This document shows positions 19,510 through 29,766 of a DNA stretch of 64,000 nucleotides, piece after piece (the stretch's first letter is position 1; each line of letters opens with the position of its first letter). The stretch is from Dehalococcoidia bacterium (GTDB lineage: Bacteria > Chloroflexota > Dehalococcoidia > Lucifugimonadales > UBA3495). Both the position numbers and the translations under genes were made by a program. Where the stretch lies: assembly GCA_965232835.1 (NCBI GenBank), contig OZ247426.1, positions 229,671 through 293,670 on the forward strand, written 5' to 3'. Under the pieces are notes generated by a model. The model saw only the letters and a program-made list of their open reading frames with translations, ran no database searches and had not been told where the DNA came from.

Positions 19510-20442
19510 CTACGCCGCAGCGGCTGCTCTCTCAGCGATGCCGGTGGTCACAATCTTCTCGTAGGGTTGCCGTTCCCGGCACATCCCGGCGGCCAGCAGT
19601 ATGTCATGTAGACTCTCGAACTCCGGTTGTGCCAGGACGGGACTCTCCGGCCACTGCTCCTGCTCCTTGTACCGGGCTATCGAAGCCGACAATACTTCCG
19701 CGGAGGCGTCGGGGAAGAACTCAGACACGGCTTGGGCGACCTCGGACGGGTCGGTCTCGTTCAGCCACCTGAGAGCCCGCGTAAATCCCAGCGTGAACCG
19801 TTCGACGGTGTCGGACCGTTGCTCCAGGAACCGGTGGGTCGCGGCGAACGAACTGTAGGCCAGGTGGCCATTTTCCGGCCCCAGCGCCGTCAGCAGGTGG
19901 CCGGCGCCGTCCGCAACCAGTTGCTGCACCACGGGTTCTGCGACGTGTACGTACTCCGCCTCCCCGCGCCGGAAGGCAGCCTCGGCGTCGGGCAGTGAAA
20001 GCCCGGTTCGGAGGTCCAGGTCGGAGGGCTCAAGACCGTGCCTGCGCAGTGCGTACTGGAATGATGCCCAGGGCATTGGCGAGAATCCGACGGGTATCAC
20101 CCTGGCTCCCCGAAGCGTCTCCCAGTCGAAGCTCTCCTGTGGCTCCCTGCCGAGGATGAAGAACCCGTCCCTGGCGTTGATCTTGGCAAAGTGCAGCGGC
20201 ACGGTTTCCGCCCCCCAGTCGGAGGCAATGATGGAGCGCATGATCCCGCTCTGCACGATGTCAGCGGCGTCGTGGTTCAGTGCGCTCAGGGGATGGGGGA
20301 ATTGCGGCGGACAGGTGCTGAATTCCACGTCCAGCCCCTCCCTGTCCAGAAACCCGCCAGCCACCGAGACATATATGGGAGTGTAAAAAATGGAGCGCCA
20401 CGTCTCCATCAGCCGAAGGGGTTGTCGTCCGCCAGTAGTCAT
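19510..20442 (-). CDS. NMT1/THI5-like ABC substrate-binding protein
   Basis: SIFYTPIYV...GFLDREGLDV, YSSFAAT; start uncertain (MTTGG chosen). Confidence 0.75.
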   Translation of the reverse strand: MTTGGRQPLRLMETWRSIFYTPIYVSVAGGFLDREGLDVEFSTCPPQFPHPLSALNHDAADIVQSGIMRSIIASDWGAETVPLHFAKINARDGFFILGREPQESFDWETLRGARVIPVGFSPMPWASFQYALRRHGLEPSDLDLRTGLSLPDAEAAFRRGEAEYVHVAEPVVQQLVADGAGHLLTALGPENGHLAYSSFAATHRFLEQRSDTVERFTLGFTRALRWLNETDPSEVAQAVSEFFPDASAEVLSASIARYKEQEQWPESPVLAQPEFESLHDILLAAGMCRERQPYEKIVTTGIAERAAAAA

Positions 20443-20446
20443 CGCG

Positions 20447-20800
20447 TCAAGGCTCCTGAACCTTTTCCAGAATTTCAATCAGCCGGTAGCCGTACCTTGA
20501 GGCATCTTGGGGTGGTTCCTCGCTGCCCGGCCAAGCCTCGAATCGTTCCATTCTGATCATGTATCGGTAGCCTGGCTCGTAATCGAATCCTGCAATGGAG
20601 TCGTAGAAGAATTTCCCATCGACGACCAAGCACTTCCTCGGGCCAATCCCCACGCAGTCCACCAACTCCGGCCCCACGGAGACCTCCAGGACTGCCGTTG
20701 TACGGGAGTCGCCGCCGGGTTCGTCAGTCGAAGCGTCTGTGCCTGCGCCCACGCCGCACGAGAGGCCGAGAAAGAGAAGCAGCACCAGCATCAGGGGCAT
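20447..20800 (-). CDS. DUF4377-domain exported/lipoprotein
   Basis: Hydrophobic N-terminus; VDCVGIGPRKCL, IAGFDYEPGY, QDASRYGYRL. Confidence 0.8.
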   Translation of the reverse strand: MPLMLVLLLFLGLSCGVGAGTDASTDEPGGDSRTTAVLEVSVGPELVDCVGIGPRKCLVVDGKFFYDSIAGFDYEPGYRYMIRMERFEAWPGSEEPPQDASRYGYRLIEILEKVQEP

Positions 20801-20856
20801 AGGGAGAGTGGTCCCATAATTGACTGCTGGTGCTGGAATTCAGTTCACACCACCCT

Positions 20857-21657
20857 CTACTCACCGAGGAAGGGCATCAGGGCACCAAGGAAGGCTTCTG
20901 GACCCTCCACCTGCGGTATATGGCCGATGCCCGGCAGGACGACCTTTCGGGCGTTGACGATGTTGTTGTGCAGCAGTTCCTCGCCGTCGCGCAGGCGGTC
21001 AATCTCGCCGTAGAGCACCATGGTCGAGGAGGCCTTGATCAGTGGCAAGCGGGACATGATGTCGTAATGAGCCAAAGACTCCATCAGATTCCTGACCCAC
21101 GGACCGGCCTTGGCACGGCTGTCATTGTTCTTGTCCAGCCACTCCTCCCTGGGCTCGGCGAAGGTTGTGGCGTCCTTGAGGTCCTGCAGGGAGCGAGGTT
21201 TGGGCAGGCCATCAGCGTCGTACTGGGCCATGGTGTCGGCCAGGCGCTCCTTTGCGGTGAAGGCGTTCCAGACCGGCGCGCCCACCAGCGTGAGCTTGTC
21301 CACCCGTTCCGGGAAGCTGGCGGCGGTCTCCGTGGCAAGAACTGCGCCCACTGAGTTCCCCACGATATGGGCGCGGTGGATGTTCAGCACCTGGCAGGCC
21401 TCATCCAGAGCGTGCGCGTAGTCGGGCAAATTGAAATGGCGTTTTGGCTTGTCCGAATCACCGTGCCCCAGCATGTCGAAAGCATAGACCGTGTAGTCCT
21501 GGCTGATGGCGTCCATCACGTATTCCCAGGTCCACACCGATGTGCCCAGAGGATGAAGCAATACTACGGGATACCCAGCGCCCTTTTTCACGAAGTGCAT
21601 ATTGCCCTCGGTGGTGGGGACGCTGTCGGTGAGGTCGCGGCGAACAAACAGTGCCAT
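20857..21657 (-). CDS. Alpha/beta-fold hydrolase
   Basis: DMLGHGDSD, GNSVGA nucleophile elbow, GHIPQVE. Confidence 0.88.
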   Translation of the reverse strand: MALFVRRDLTDSVPTTEGNMHFVKKGAGYPVVLLHPLGTSVWTWEYVMDAISQDYTVYAFDMLGHGDSDKPKRHFNLPDYAHALDEACQVLNIHRAHIVGNSVGAVLATETAASFPERVDKLTLVGAPVWNAFTAKERLADTMAQYDADGLPKPRSLQDLKDATTFAEPREEWLDKNNDSRAKAGPWVRNLMESLAHYDIMSRLPLIKASSTMVLYGEIDRLRDGEELLHNNIVNARKVVLPGIGHIPQVEGPEAFLGALMPFLGE

Positions 21658-21947
21658 GGGGCCTCCTCTCTCAGCCTGCGATTTCTCGTTTATGGCGGCT
21701 CAGCGGCGCCGCCGTCATGATGGCAAATGGTATCATGCCCGCAGCGACACCGCACAAGATCGGTCGCTTGTTCTGGACGACCGCTCGTTGCAGCCCTGAT
21801 TGCACTGGTAGCGTCGGCGATGCGGGCCCTCCGGAATCTTCCGGTTTGACGAGGTACCACGATACGATGGAATTCGTTGCCTAATCGTCCGTTTGACCTC
21901 GTTACCCTTGGTATGCCAGAATTCCACTAAGTGTAAAGGAACCAAAG

Positions 21948-23483
21948 TTGGGCGCGGGGCGACTGAGGACTGAGGTGCGAGAACCTGTTTGGACTAGAGA
22001 CCGTTTGCGCCGGTTGGTGAACAGGGAGGTGGGAGACTACCGGATTGTGGTGGTTTCCAACCGCCAGCCGTATGTCCACGAGTTGGTCGAGGGAGAACTG
22101 CGGGTAACCACACCCGCCGGGGGTGTCACCACCGCCATAGACCCCCTGATGCAGGAGTGCGCCGGTACATGGATTGCTCACGGGGGTGGCGCAGGCGATT
22201 ACCTGGCTGTCGACGAGCGAAACAGCGTCATGGTACCGCCTGAAGACCCGTCCTACACCCTGCGATTGGTGTGGCTGAACGACGAGGAGCAGAGAGGCTA
22301 CTACTACGGGGTTTCCAACGACGGCCTCTGGCCTCTTTGCCACAATGCGTTCATTGAGCCCACATTCAACCAGGCCGACTGGGAAACCTACACCGCCGTC
22401 AACCGAACCTTTGCCAGCCAGGTGCTGGAGGAGATTGACGGGGGGCCCGCAGCCGTCTTCATCCAGGACTACCACTTGGCCCTGCTGCCCCGATTCCTGC
22501 GCGACGCAGACCCGGACGTCGTCACAGCTCAGTTCTGGCATATCCCCTGGCCCAACTACGAGGTTTTCCGCATCTGCCCCTGGCAGGAAGAGCTGATGGA
22601 CGGATTGCTGGGCAATGACATGCTCGGTTTCCACATCGGTGATCACTGCGACAATTTCATGGAGGCAGCACGGAGAATCCTTGGGGCACGGGTCCACGAG
22701 GAGTACAGCCTGGTCTACCACCGGGACGACTCGACCCTGGTGCGGCCCGTTCCCATCAGCGTGGACTTCCACCAGATCGAGGCGGACGCCCAGAGCCCCG
22801 AGGTCGCAGCGGAGATGGAGCGCCTGGTCTCCGAGTGGGATCTCGAGGACAAGATCGTTGGCCTGGGAATAGACCGCATTGATTACACCAAGGGCATCCC
22901 GCACCGGATCCGGGCCATCGGGCGCTTCCTGGAGCAGAACCCGAAGTACATCGGAAAGGTGGTGTTCATCCAGGCGGGAGTGATGAGCCGCACCAACATC
23001 ATTGCCTACCAGGAACTGGCAGACCAGATTGAACGGCTGCTGGACGACGTGAATGGCCGGTTCGGCACGGACGACTGGCAGCCGATTATGTACATGCCCA
23101 CTGACCTGCCAAACCTGACGCTGATGGCCCTGCGTCGACTGGCCCGCTTCTGCGTGGTCAGTTCCCTGCACGACGGAATGAACCTGGTGGCCAAGGAATA
23201 CGTCGCCAGCCGCTTCGATCATGACGGGGTTCTGATCCTCAGCCCCTTCACCGGCGCCGCGATGGAATTGACCGATGCCCTCATCGTGAACCCGTACGAC
23301 GTGGAAAAATTCGGGGACTCCATTCGCCAGGCCGTGGAGATGCCGCGTCTTGATCGCCAGATGAGGATGGCCAACATGAGGGCCGTGGTACAGGAAAACA
23401 ACATCTACAAGTGGGCCGCTCGTTCGCTGGTGGATATGATGCAGGTGGGCCGACGCACGCGCCGTCCTATTCGCAGCGCCTGA
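21948..23483 (+). CDS. otsA: Trehalose-6-phosphate synthase (GT20)
   Basis: VVSNRQPY, LWPLCH, QDYHL, FWHIPWP, DRIDYTKG, DGMNLVAKEY; exact start uncertain. Confidence 0.93.
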   Translation: MGAGRLRTEVREPVWTRDRLRRLVNREVGDYRIVVVSNRQPYVHELVEGELRVTTPAGGVTTAIDPLMQECAGTWIAHGGGAGDYLAVDERNSVMVPPEDPSYTLRLVWLNDEEQRGYYYGVSNDGLWPLCHNAFIEPTFNQADWETYTAVNRTFASQVLEEIDGGPAAVFIQDYHLALLPRFLRDADPDVVTAQFWHIPWPNYEVFRICPWQEELMDGLLGNDMLGFHIGDHCDNFMEAARRILGARVHEEYSLVYHRDDSTLVRPVPISVDFHQIEADAQSPEVAAEMERLVSEWDLEDKIVGLGIDRIDYTKGIPHRIRAIGRFLEQNPKYIGKVVFIQAGVMSRTNIIAYQELADQIERLLDDVNGRFGTDDWQPIMYMPTDLPNLTLMALRRLARFCVVSSLHDGMNLVAKEYVASRFDHDGVLILSPFTGAAMELTDALIVNPYDVEKFGDSIRQAVEMPRLDRQMRMANMRAVVQENNIYKWAARSLVDMMQVGRRTRRPIRSA

Positions 23484-23540
23484 GCCGGTCCTGCTGCAAC
23501 TTTCTCAGGGCTTCGGCCCGGATGGGAGCGGTAATTCCCA

Positions 23541-24329
23541 ATGGCGCATCTCCTCAATATCTGGCCCTCGGTCAGTGCGCGCCTTCATCGGGCTGACAGG
23601 GCACTGTTGTTGTTCGATTACGACGGCACCCTGACGCCCATCGTCAGGAGACCTGAGGATGCGGTACTTTCCGGCGAAGTTCGCAGGCTGCTACATTCGG
23701 TGGCAGCTCATCCCCGGTACGTCGCCGGAATAGTGAGCGGACGCAGCCTGGACGACCTGTCCATCCTCGCTGACGTCCCCGGTCTCATCCACGCCGGCAA
23801 TCACGGGATGGAGATTCGCGGGCAGGGGATGGATTTCGTTCACCCGGGGGCGGTTGCCGCTCGGGGCATCCTGGACGAAGTCGCGAGAGACCTGGTGAGT
23901 TCGGTGGGAGACATTCCGGGCGCAATCGTGGAACACAAGGGACTGACCCTCACGGTTCACTACCGGGCCGCCGCCGAGGAAAACGCCTCAGCTATCGAGT
24001 CGGGCGTTGCTGCCGTTGCCGCCCCTCACGTGCAGAGCGGCGAAATTCGCCTGACCCAGGGAAAGATGGTGATTGAGGTTCGCCCGGCCATCTCGTGGGA
24101 CAAGGGCAGGGCAATCGACCGAATCTGGCGGGAATGCGGAGACGAGCCCGTACCGGTCTACTTCGGCGACGACAGGACGGATGAGGACGGCTTTCGGGTG
24201 GTGCAGGCCAAGGACGGTATCGCCGTGTTCGTAGGCGAACCCCGCGAGGGCACGGTGGCCCTGCACCAACTGGAATCGCCGAGGGAGGTCGAGGAGACAC
24301 TGCGGTTGCTGTTGGAGGACGGGGCCTAA
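23541..24329 (+). CDS. otsB: Trehalose-6-phosphate phosphatase
   Basis: FDYDGTL, VSGR, GNHG, DKG, GDDRTDED. Confidence 0.93.
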   Translation: MAHLLNIWPSVSARLHRADRALLLFDYDGTLTPIVRRPEDAVLSGEVRRLLHSVAAHPRYVAGIVSGRSLDDLSILADVPGLIHAGNHGMEIRGQGMDFVHPGAVAARGILDEVARDLVSSVGDIPGAIVEHKGLTLTVHYRAAAEENASAIESGVAAVAAPHVQSGEIRLTQGKMVIEVRPAISWDKGRAIDRIWRECGDEPVPVYFGDDRTDEDGFRVVQAKDGIAVFVGEPREGTVALHQLESPREVEETLRLLLEDGA

Positions 24330-24372
24330 GTGTTCCCACTGCTTTCGGGCGGCTTCTGGTCTTGCGCTTGAG

Positions 24373-24822
24373 TTAACCGCCCCGCTCTATTTCGCCTACC
24401 TTGTCGACTCGCCGGAGGAAGCGGTCCTCGGGACTGAAACTGGCGCCCACGAATGCGGAGATTACCTCTTTCGCGGTCTCAATTCCGATCACTCGACCGC
24501 CGATGCACAGGACGTTCATGTCGTTGTGCTCCACGCCCTGCCTGGCGGTGTAGGTGTCGTGGCAGAGGGCCGCACGTATTCCGCTGACCTTGTTGGATGC
24601 AATGGTGGCACCCACGCCGCTGCCACAGATCATAACTCCGCGCTCGGCCGCACCGCCGTTTACCCTGTGGCCCACCGCTGCTGCGAAGTCAGGGAAATCG
24701 TCGGATGGATCAAGGGAGTGAGCTCCCACGTCCACAACATCGTGCCCCGCTTGCTGCAGCCAGGGGATGATCTGGGATTTCAGGTCCAGTCCCGCGTGGT
24801 CGGCGCCAATGGCGAGCTTCAT
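24373..24822 (-). CDS. rpiB: Ribose-5-phosphate isomerase B
   Basis: ADHAG, CGSGVG, NKVSGIRAA, HNDMNVL. Confidence 0.95.
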   Translation of the reverse strand: MKLAIGADHAGLDLKSQIIPWLQQAGHDVVDVGAHSLDPSDDFPDFAAAVGHRVNGGAAERGVMICGSGVGATIASNKVSGIRAALCHDTYTARQGVEHNDMNVLCIGGRVIGIETAKEVISAFVGASFSPEDRFLRRVDKVGEIERGG

Positions 24823-25050
24823 GTGCTTCGTGTCCCTTATTGTTCAGGTGATGAGGCAACCAGCCCTAGTCAAGAATAATTATCCGGTACTTTGCTGCCA
24901 ATGCCTAGCCTTCCGATGCACTCCAATTGCGGTCGCATACGGAGAGGTGGTCACTAGTCTCGAAACGTATTCCCTGAAGTCATTTCACCTTCATATCTGG
25001 CCACTCCCGGTATGAATTTGTCAGGACGATTGCAAGGGCATTGTCTGAAT

Positions 25051-25113
25051 CAGGATTATCAAGATTCCGGGATTTTCAGAATGTTCTCCAATCCTGTCGA
25101 TCCTTGAATCCTG
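25051..25113. repeat. Imperfect hairpin with 9-bp-periodic arms (CAGGATT-type units)
   Basis: Left arm caggatt-at-caagatt-cc-gggatt (25051-25074); right arm aatcctg-tc-gatcct-tg-aatcctg (25090-25113). Confidence 0.5.
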
Positions 25114-25253
25114 CAGACCGTGAATCGGACAGAATTGGCGGGACCTGACTCTGAAGTCGTTCAGCGGATGTGTTCCACGCAGTCGCACCAAGTGTATACG
25201 CGTGTTAGACTTGCGTTTTCCTTGGGCGGTAATTTTCGTGTCTGGTCTATTGA

Positions 25254-25973
25254 ATGATCAAGGTAATCACGTTCGACTTTTATAATACCCTCGTCAAATT
25301 CTGGCCGCCCCTGGAGGAAATCCAAACGGCCGCCTGTTTCGCCAAAGGGCTGAACGCGTCCCGCGAGGATATCAGGCGCGGTTACGCCAAGGCCGACATC
25401 CTTTTTAATCGAGCCAACGAGGAGGAGCCGCTCTCCCTCAGATCGCCGGAGCGGCGCCTTGAATTCTTCTCGGAGTACGAGCAACTCATCCTGGAAACTG
25501 CCGGAATTCCGGTAACGAGGCCCCTGGCACGCGAGATATGGGAATTGGCCATCGCCGTGCCCAAGCAGTTCACTCCATTTGAAGACACGCTCCCCGCGTT
25601 GACCTCCCTTCAGGAACTATCCTACCGGCTGGGAATCATCACCAACCTGCGCGCCGACCTGGCCCCGCTGGTCAGACAGGCCGGTCTCGAACAGTGCATG
25701 GATTTTTGCGTGAATTCCACGCTGGTCGGTTCAGAAAAGCCGCACCCACCCATATTTGAGGAGGCCCTTCGGCGGGCAGGAGTTGACCCGGGCGAAGTGC
25801 TCCATATTGGTGACCAGGTGCGGTCCGACGTGGGCGGAGCACGCGCCATGGGGATGCACGCCGCTCTGCTGGACCGCGGAGGCTGGCACGAGCCGGTGGA
25901 CGGGTGTCCAAAAATATCGACCCTAGATGAAATAGCCGGTCTCCTGGAATCGGAAGACCGCTACTTCGCCTGA
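25254..25973 (+). CDS. HAD-superfamily hydrolase
   Basis: FDFYNTL, ITN, EKPHP, HIGDQVRSDV. Confidence 0.88.
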   Translation: MIKVITFDFYNTLVKFWPPLEEIQTAACFAKGLNASREDIRRGYAKADILFNRANEEEPLSLRSPERRLEFFSEYEQLILETAGIPVTRPLAREIWELAIAVPKQFTPFEDTLPALTSLQELSYRLGIITNLRADLAPLVRQAGLEQCMDFCVNSTLVGSEKPHPPIFEEALRRAGVDPGEVLHIGDQVRSDVGGARAMGMHAALLDRGGWHEPVDGCPKISTLDEIAGLLESEDRYFA

Positions 25974-26020
25974 TCTGACGGCAGGACAAGAAGACTCAAA
26001 CTACCTACAGGAGGGCCACA

Positions 26021-26659
26021 ATGGCACAAGAGTCTCACAATGGGGATCACGATCACTCGGGAGTGCGGGTGGCCGTCTGGTACGACTACATTTGACCCTG
26101 GTGCTATATCGGCCTGGAGCGGGTCGACAAGCTGGCCAAGGAGTTTGACTTCGAGGTGGAGGGCCGCGCCTATCTCCTGCGTCCTGACACGCCCAGGGAG
26201 GGCTCTGAACGGCCGCAGCGGGCGGGCGAGTCCGAGGACGAACTCTCGGAGCCACTGCGCGGGCAGGCTCGGGAGTCCGGCCTCATCATGAAGCCGCCGC
26301 CCTATACACCCAATACGCTCTACTCGCTGGAAGCCACGGAATATGCCCAGCAGCAGGGCAAGTTCATGGAGTTTCACCACTCCGCCTACAAGGCCTTCTG
26401 GGAAGACCGGAGGGACATCGGCCAGATCGAGACGCTGATCGAGATCGGTAAAGAGGTTGGGCTGGACGGCGACGATATGGCCCGCAGCCTGGAGCAGGGC
26501 GAGCACTCGCAGACGGTTATCGCCCAGTATCGGGAGGCCCTGCAGTATGGGATCAACGGGATCCCCACCTTCCTGGTGGGCAACCTGCTGTTCACCGGGG
26601 CGCATCCCTATCCCATCTTCAAACAGGCAATGGAACGCTACCTGCAAAGCCAGGAGTAG
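26021..26659 (+). CDS. DsbA/FrnE-family thiol-disulfide oxidoreductase, probable selenoprotein (U-P-W-C)
   Basis: ATG 26021 after GGAGG; frame reads VWYDYI-TGA(26093-26095)-PWCYIG and continues in frame into the tracked ORF at 26156; GIPTF cis-Pro motif. Confidence 0.85.
26111..26137 (+). promoter_or_regulatory. Candidate bacterial SECIS hairpin
   Basis: GGCC-tgg-AGC-gggtcgacaa-GCT-GGCC; the loop starts with G, 25 nt after the UGA. Folded by eye only. Confidence 0.4.
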
Positions 26660-26795
26660 CCGTTCGTTGAAAATTGGAGGCGATCGAAGCAGGCCGCTTT
26701 CGATTGCACCCCAACCCGGCTTAACAATAGCGCCCGGCGTAATTCACCGGGCGCTTTCGTGCTTCAATGACGAAGATCGGGACGACTGGTGGGGA

Positions 26796-27767
26796 TCAGG
26801 CAGTCGCGGGTGCGCCAGTGAGGGGCACCTCTTCTCGATGGGTGGCGCGCACCAGCAGTACCGGTCCCCCGGACTGGCGCACGACCCGTTCCGCGACGCT
26901 GCCCAGGATCATTCGCCCCACTCCCGAGCGGCCGTGTGTCGTCATTGCCACAAGGCTGTTGGGATATGAGGTCGCCAGGTCGACGATGCAATCTGCCGGT
27001 GCGCCCTGGAGCAGGCGTGCCTCGACGCTGGCGACGCCCTGCTGCTGCAACCGCCTCCTGACGTTCGAAATGTAGTCGCTGGCCTCTCCTTCCACCCTGT
27101 CGGAGAAGGACTTGAAGGACGGCAGAGACGGCGGCAGGACCCTCAGGCCCATGGACATGGCCTGGTAATACTCTGCCTCCGAAATGGTGACCTGCACCAA
27201 CTCCACGGGAATGTCCATCCGGGAAGCCAGGTTGGCCACATGAGGGAGTACATCCTCGGCCTCGGCGGAGCCATCAACAGGTACGATAAGGCGTTCCGGG
27301 GTCCTTTCGCCCTGCACTCCTTGCCGATTCTGCGAACGTACCAGCAGGAGCGGATTTTCAGCGGTGTGCAGCACCTTGTCGGCCACACTGCCCATCCACC
27401 AACGGGCGAACCCGGAACGGCCATGGCTGGACATGGCGATCAGCGTATCGGGGTCCGTGGCCGCTTCATCAACTATGGAACGCGCCGGTTCGCCGCGAGG
27501 CACCATTGTTGTTGCGGCGACCCCGGCGTCACGCATCTGCGCCGCGACCGACGACAGGTAGTTCTCAGCGTGTCCGGCGCGATGGGATTCCAGTTCGTGG
27601 GAGTGCAACTCCGGGTTGAGCGCCTGACCGATGGTGGGATGGTCCGGTTCAATGGCCATCAGCAGAGTCATGGGCAGGGAAAGCCGGGAAGCAATCGCCC
27701 TGGAGTAAGGAAGGACCTGTTCGGAAATGTCCGAACCGTCAAGAGGCGTCAGTATTCTTGTGTACAT
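26796..27767 (-). CDS. Tandem universal stress protein
   Basis: Two USP domains: RILTPLDGS ... SSHGRSG..GSVADKV; LIVPVDGS ... TTHGRSG..GSVAERV. Confidence 0.92.
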   Translation of the reverse strand: MYTRILTPLDGSDISEQVLPYSRAIASRLSLPMTLLMAIEPDHPTIGQALNPELHSHELESHRAGHAENYLSSVAAQMRDAGVAATTMVPRGEPARSIVDEAATDPDTLIAMSSHGRSGFARWWMGSVADKVLHTAENPLLLVRSQNRQGVQGERTPERLIVPVDGSAEAEDVLPHVANLASRMDIPVELVQVTISEAEYYQAMSMGLRVLPPSLPSFKSFSDRVEGEASDYISNVRRRLQQQGVASVEARLLQGAPADCIVDLATSYPNSLVAMTTHGRSGVGRMILGSVAERVVRQSGGPVLLVRATHREEVPLTGAPATA

Positions 27768-27821
27768 TGCTGGATGTCTCACCTCTCAGAAGCTTGCGCC
27801 CCTGCCGTGTCTGAGGGGCGA

Positions 27822-29765
27822 TCAGTCGTCGGCCGGCACCGGGGCAAATCCCCTGCCAGGCAGCACCTCGCTGCTCTCGTCGCTGTCTCCGTTGGTGCCG
27901 ATGGGTTCGGAGATCAATCCGTAATTCACGGCGTACAACCGCTCGTAAACCCCGCCCAGGGCCAGTAGCTCCTCGTGAGTTCCCATCTCTACCAGGCGGC
28001 CACGGTTCAGGACGATGATCTTGTCGGCGTTTCGCACCGTCGACAGCCGGTGAGCGATCACGATGGACGTGCGGCCCTCAAGGACTCGCAACAGGGCCCG
28101 CTGGATCAGCAATTCTGTCTGCGTGTCAATGTTGGCCGTCGCCTCGTCCAGGATGATGATCCTCGGATTGCCGATGATGGCCCGGGCAAAGCTGAGCAAC
28201 TGACGCTGCCCCACGCTCAGGTTGACTCCCCGTTCGGCGAGGACGGAGTCGTAACCGTTTTCCAGCCCGATGATGAAGTCGTGGGCGCCAACCGTTCTGG
28301 CTGCGTCCATCACTTCCTGTATCGTGGCTTCCTCCTGATTGTAGCGTATATTGTCGGCCACAGTGCCGGAGAACAGGTAGGGTTCCTGAAGCACCATGCT
28401 CATCTGCCCAGCCAGCGAACCCCGGGTCACATGCCGTATGTCATGGCCGTCCACCAGGATGCGCCCCTGGGTGACGTCGGCGAACCTTGCGATCAGCGTC
28501 ACCAGTGTGCTCTTGCCGGCCCCGGTGGAGCCGACGATGGCCACGTTTTCGCCCGGGCGGATGTGAAGATTGATTTCTTCCAGCACATCGACTCCGGGAG
28601 TGTAGTGGAAGCGAACGTCCTGGAACTCTATCTCGCCTCGGACTTCCGGCAGGTCAGGAGCGTCCGGGTCGTCCTGCACCTCGGGCTTCAGGTCCAGCAC
28701 CTCAAAAATGCGGACACCGGCGGCCATGGCCCGCTGGAGCATGCTGTATTGCATGGTCAGGTGCCGTATCGGCTCGAAGAACCTCTGGATGTACAGCGCG
28801 AAGGCAACCAGCACGCCCGGCTCCAGTTCGCCGCGACCGGCCATCAGCCCTCCGGCCAGGACCACGCCGAATCCCATGGCCACCCCGATGAGCAGCTCAA
28901 CCAACGGCTGCAGCCCACCGGAAAACTTGCTGGCCTCCAGGTTGGCGTTGAGGTGCTCACTGTTCAGATCGTCGAAGTGGGCCATATTGGCGTCTTGACG
29001 ATTGAGGCTCTGCACCACCCGGACGCCGGTAATGTTCTGGTTGTACTCGCCGTTGACCATGGCGATGGCACGGCGGATGCGCATGAATGAATGGCGCGCG
29101 AACTTTTGCCAGTAGGCCAGTACGAAGAATAGCGGGGGAACGATGGCCAGGCAGATCAGGGCCAGTTGCCAGTCGATGATGAGCATCATCGTGATGATGC
29201 CGAACAGGGTCAGAATGTCGGAGAAGCTCTGTACGATAAGCTCAAATGCCTCCTGCAGCTGGAGGACATCGCTCTGGCTTCGCGACATAATGCGACCCAC
29301 CGGTGTGCGGTGGTAAAAGGAGGGCGACATCTCCTGCAGGTGGTTGAACATCTTGGTGCGCAACGAATACAGGATGCCCTGTCCCACCCTGGGCATAAAG
29401 ACGAACTGGAAATAGTTCGAAATGAAATGGACCACTGCCACCAGCAGGAAGGCGCCGCCGACCCAGTGGAGCAGGGTTAGGTTGTTGCCCTTGACTGCAT
29501 CGTCCATACCCACCTTGACGAGGAATGGGATACAGACGTTGGCGGCCGTGTACATGATGACGGCCAGGATGGCCAGAATGGCGTAGCGCTTGTAGGGCGC
29601 GATGTACGTCATGAGGCGCATCACGACCCTGTGGTCGTATGCTGCGCCGACGATTGATTCGTCGCTGAGATTGTCGGCAGTTGCGGCGCGGTCACCGGCG
29701 GCGTTCAGGCCGCGCATGCCGCCCATCATCCCGCCGAAGCCGCCTCCCGGGCCGGCCATTCGCAT
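27822..29765 (-). CDS. ABC exporter, fused TMD-NBD subunit
   Basis: GSTGAGKS, LSVGQRQ (degenerate signature), ILDEAT. Confidence 0.92.
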   Translation of the reverse strand: MRMAGPGGGFGGMMGGMRGLNAAGDRAATADNLSDESIVGAAYDHRVVMRLMTYIAPYKRYAILAILAVIMYTAANVCIPFLVKVGMDDAVKGNNLTLLHWVGGAFLLVAVVHFISNYFQFVFMPRVGQGILYSLRTKMFNHLQEMSPSFYHRTPVGRIMSRSQSDVLQLQEAFELIVQSFSDILTLFGIITMMLIIDWQLALICLAIVPPLFFVLAYWQKFARHSFMRIRRAIAMVNGEYNQNITGVRVVQSLNRQDANMAHFDDLNSEHLNANLEASKFSGGLQPLVELLIGVAMGFGVVLAGGLMAGRGELEPGVLVAFALYIQRFFEPIRHLTMQYSMLQRAMAAGVRIFEVLDLKPEVQDDPDAPDLPEVRGEIEFQDVRFHYTPGVDVLEEINLHIRPGENVAIVGSTGAGKSTLVTLIARFADVTQGRILVDGHDIRHVTRGSLAGQMSMVLQEPYLFSGTVADNIRYNQEEATIQEVMDAARTVGAHDFIIGLENGYDSVLAERGVNLSVGQRQLLSFARAIIGNPRIIILDEATANIDTQTELLIQRALLRVLEGRTSIVIAHRLSTVRNADKIIVLNRGRLVEMGTHEELLALGGVYERLYAVNYGLISEPIGTNGDSDESSEVLPGRGFAPVPADD

Positions 29766-29766
29766 A

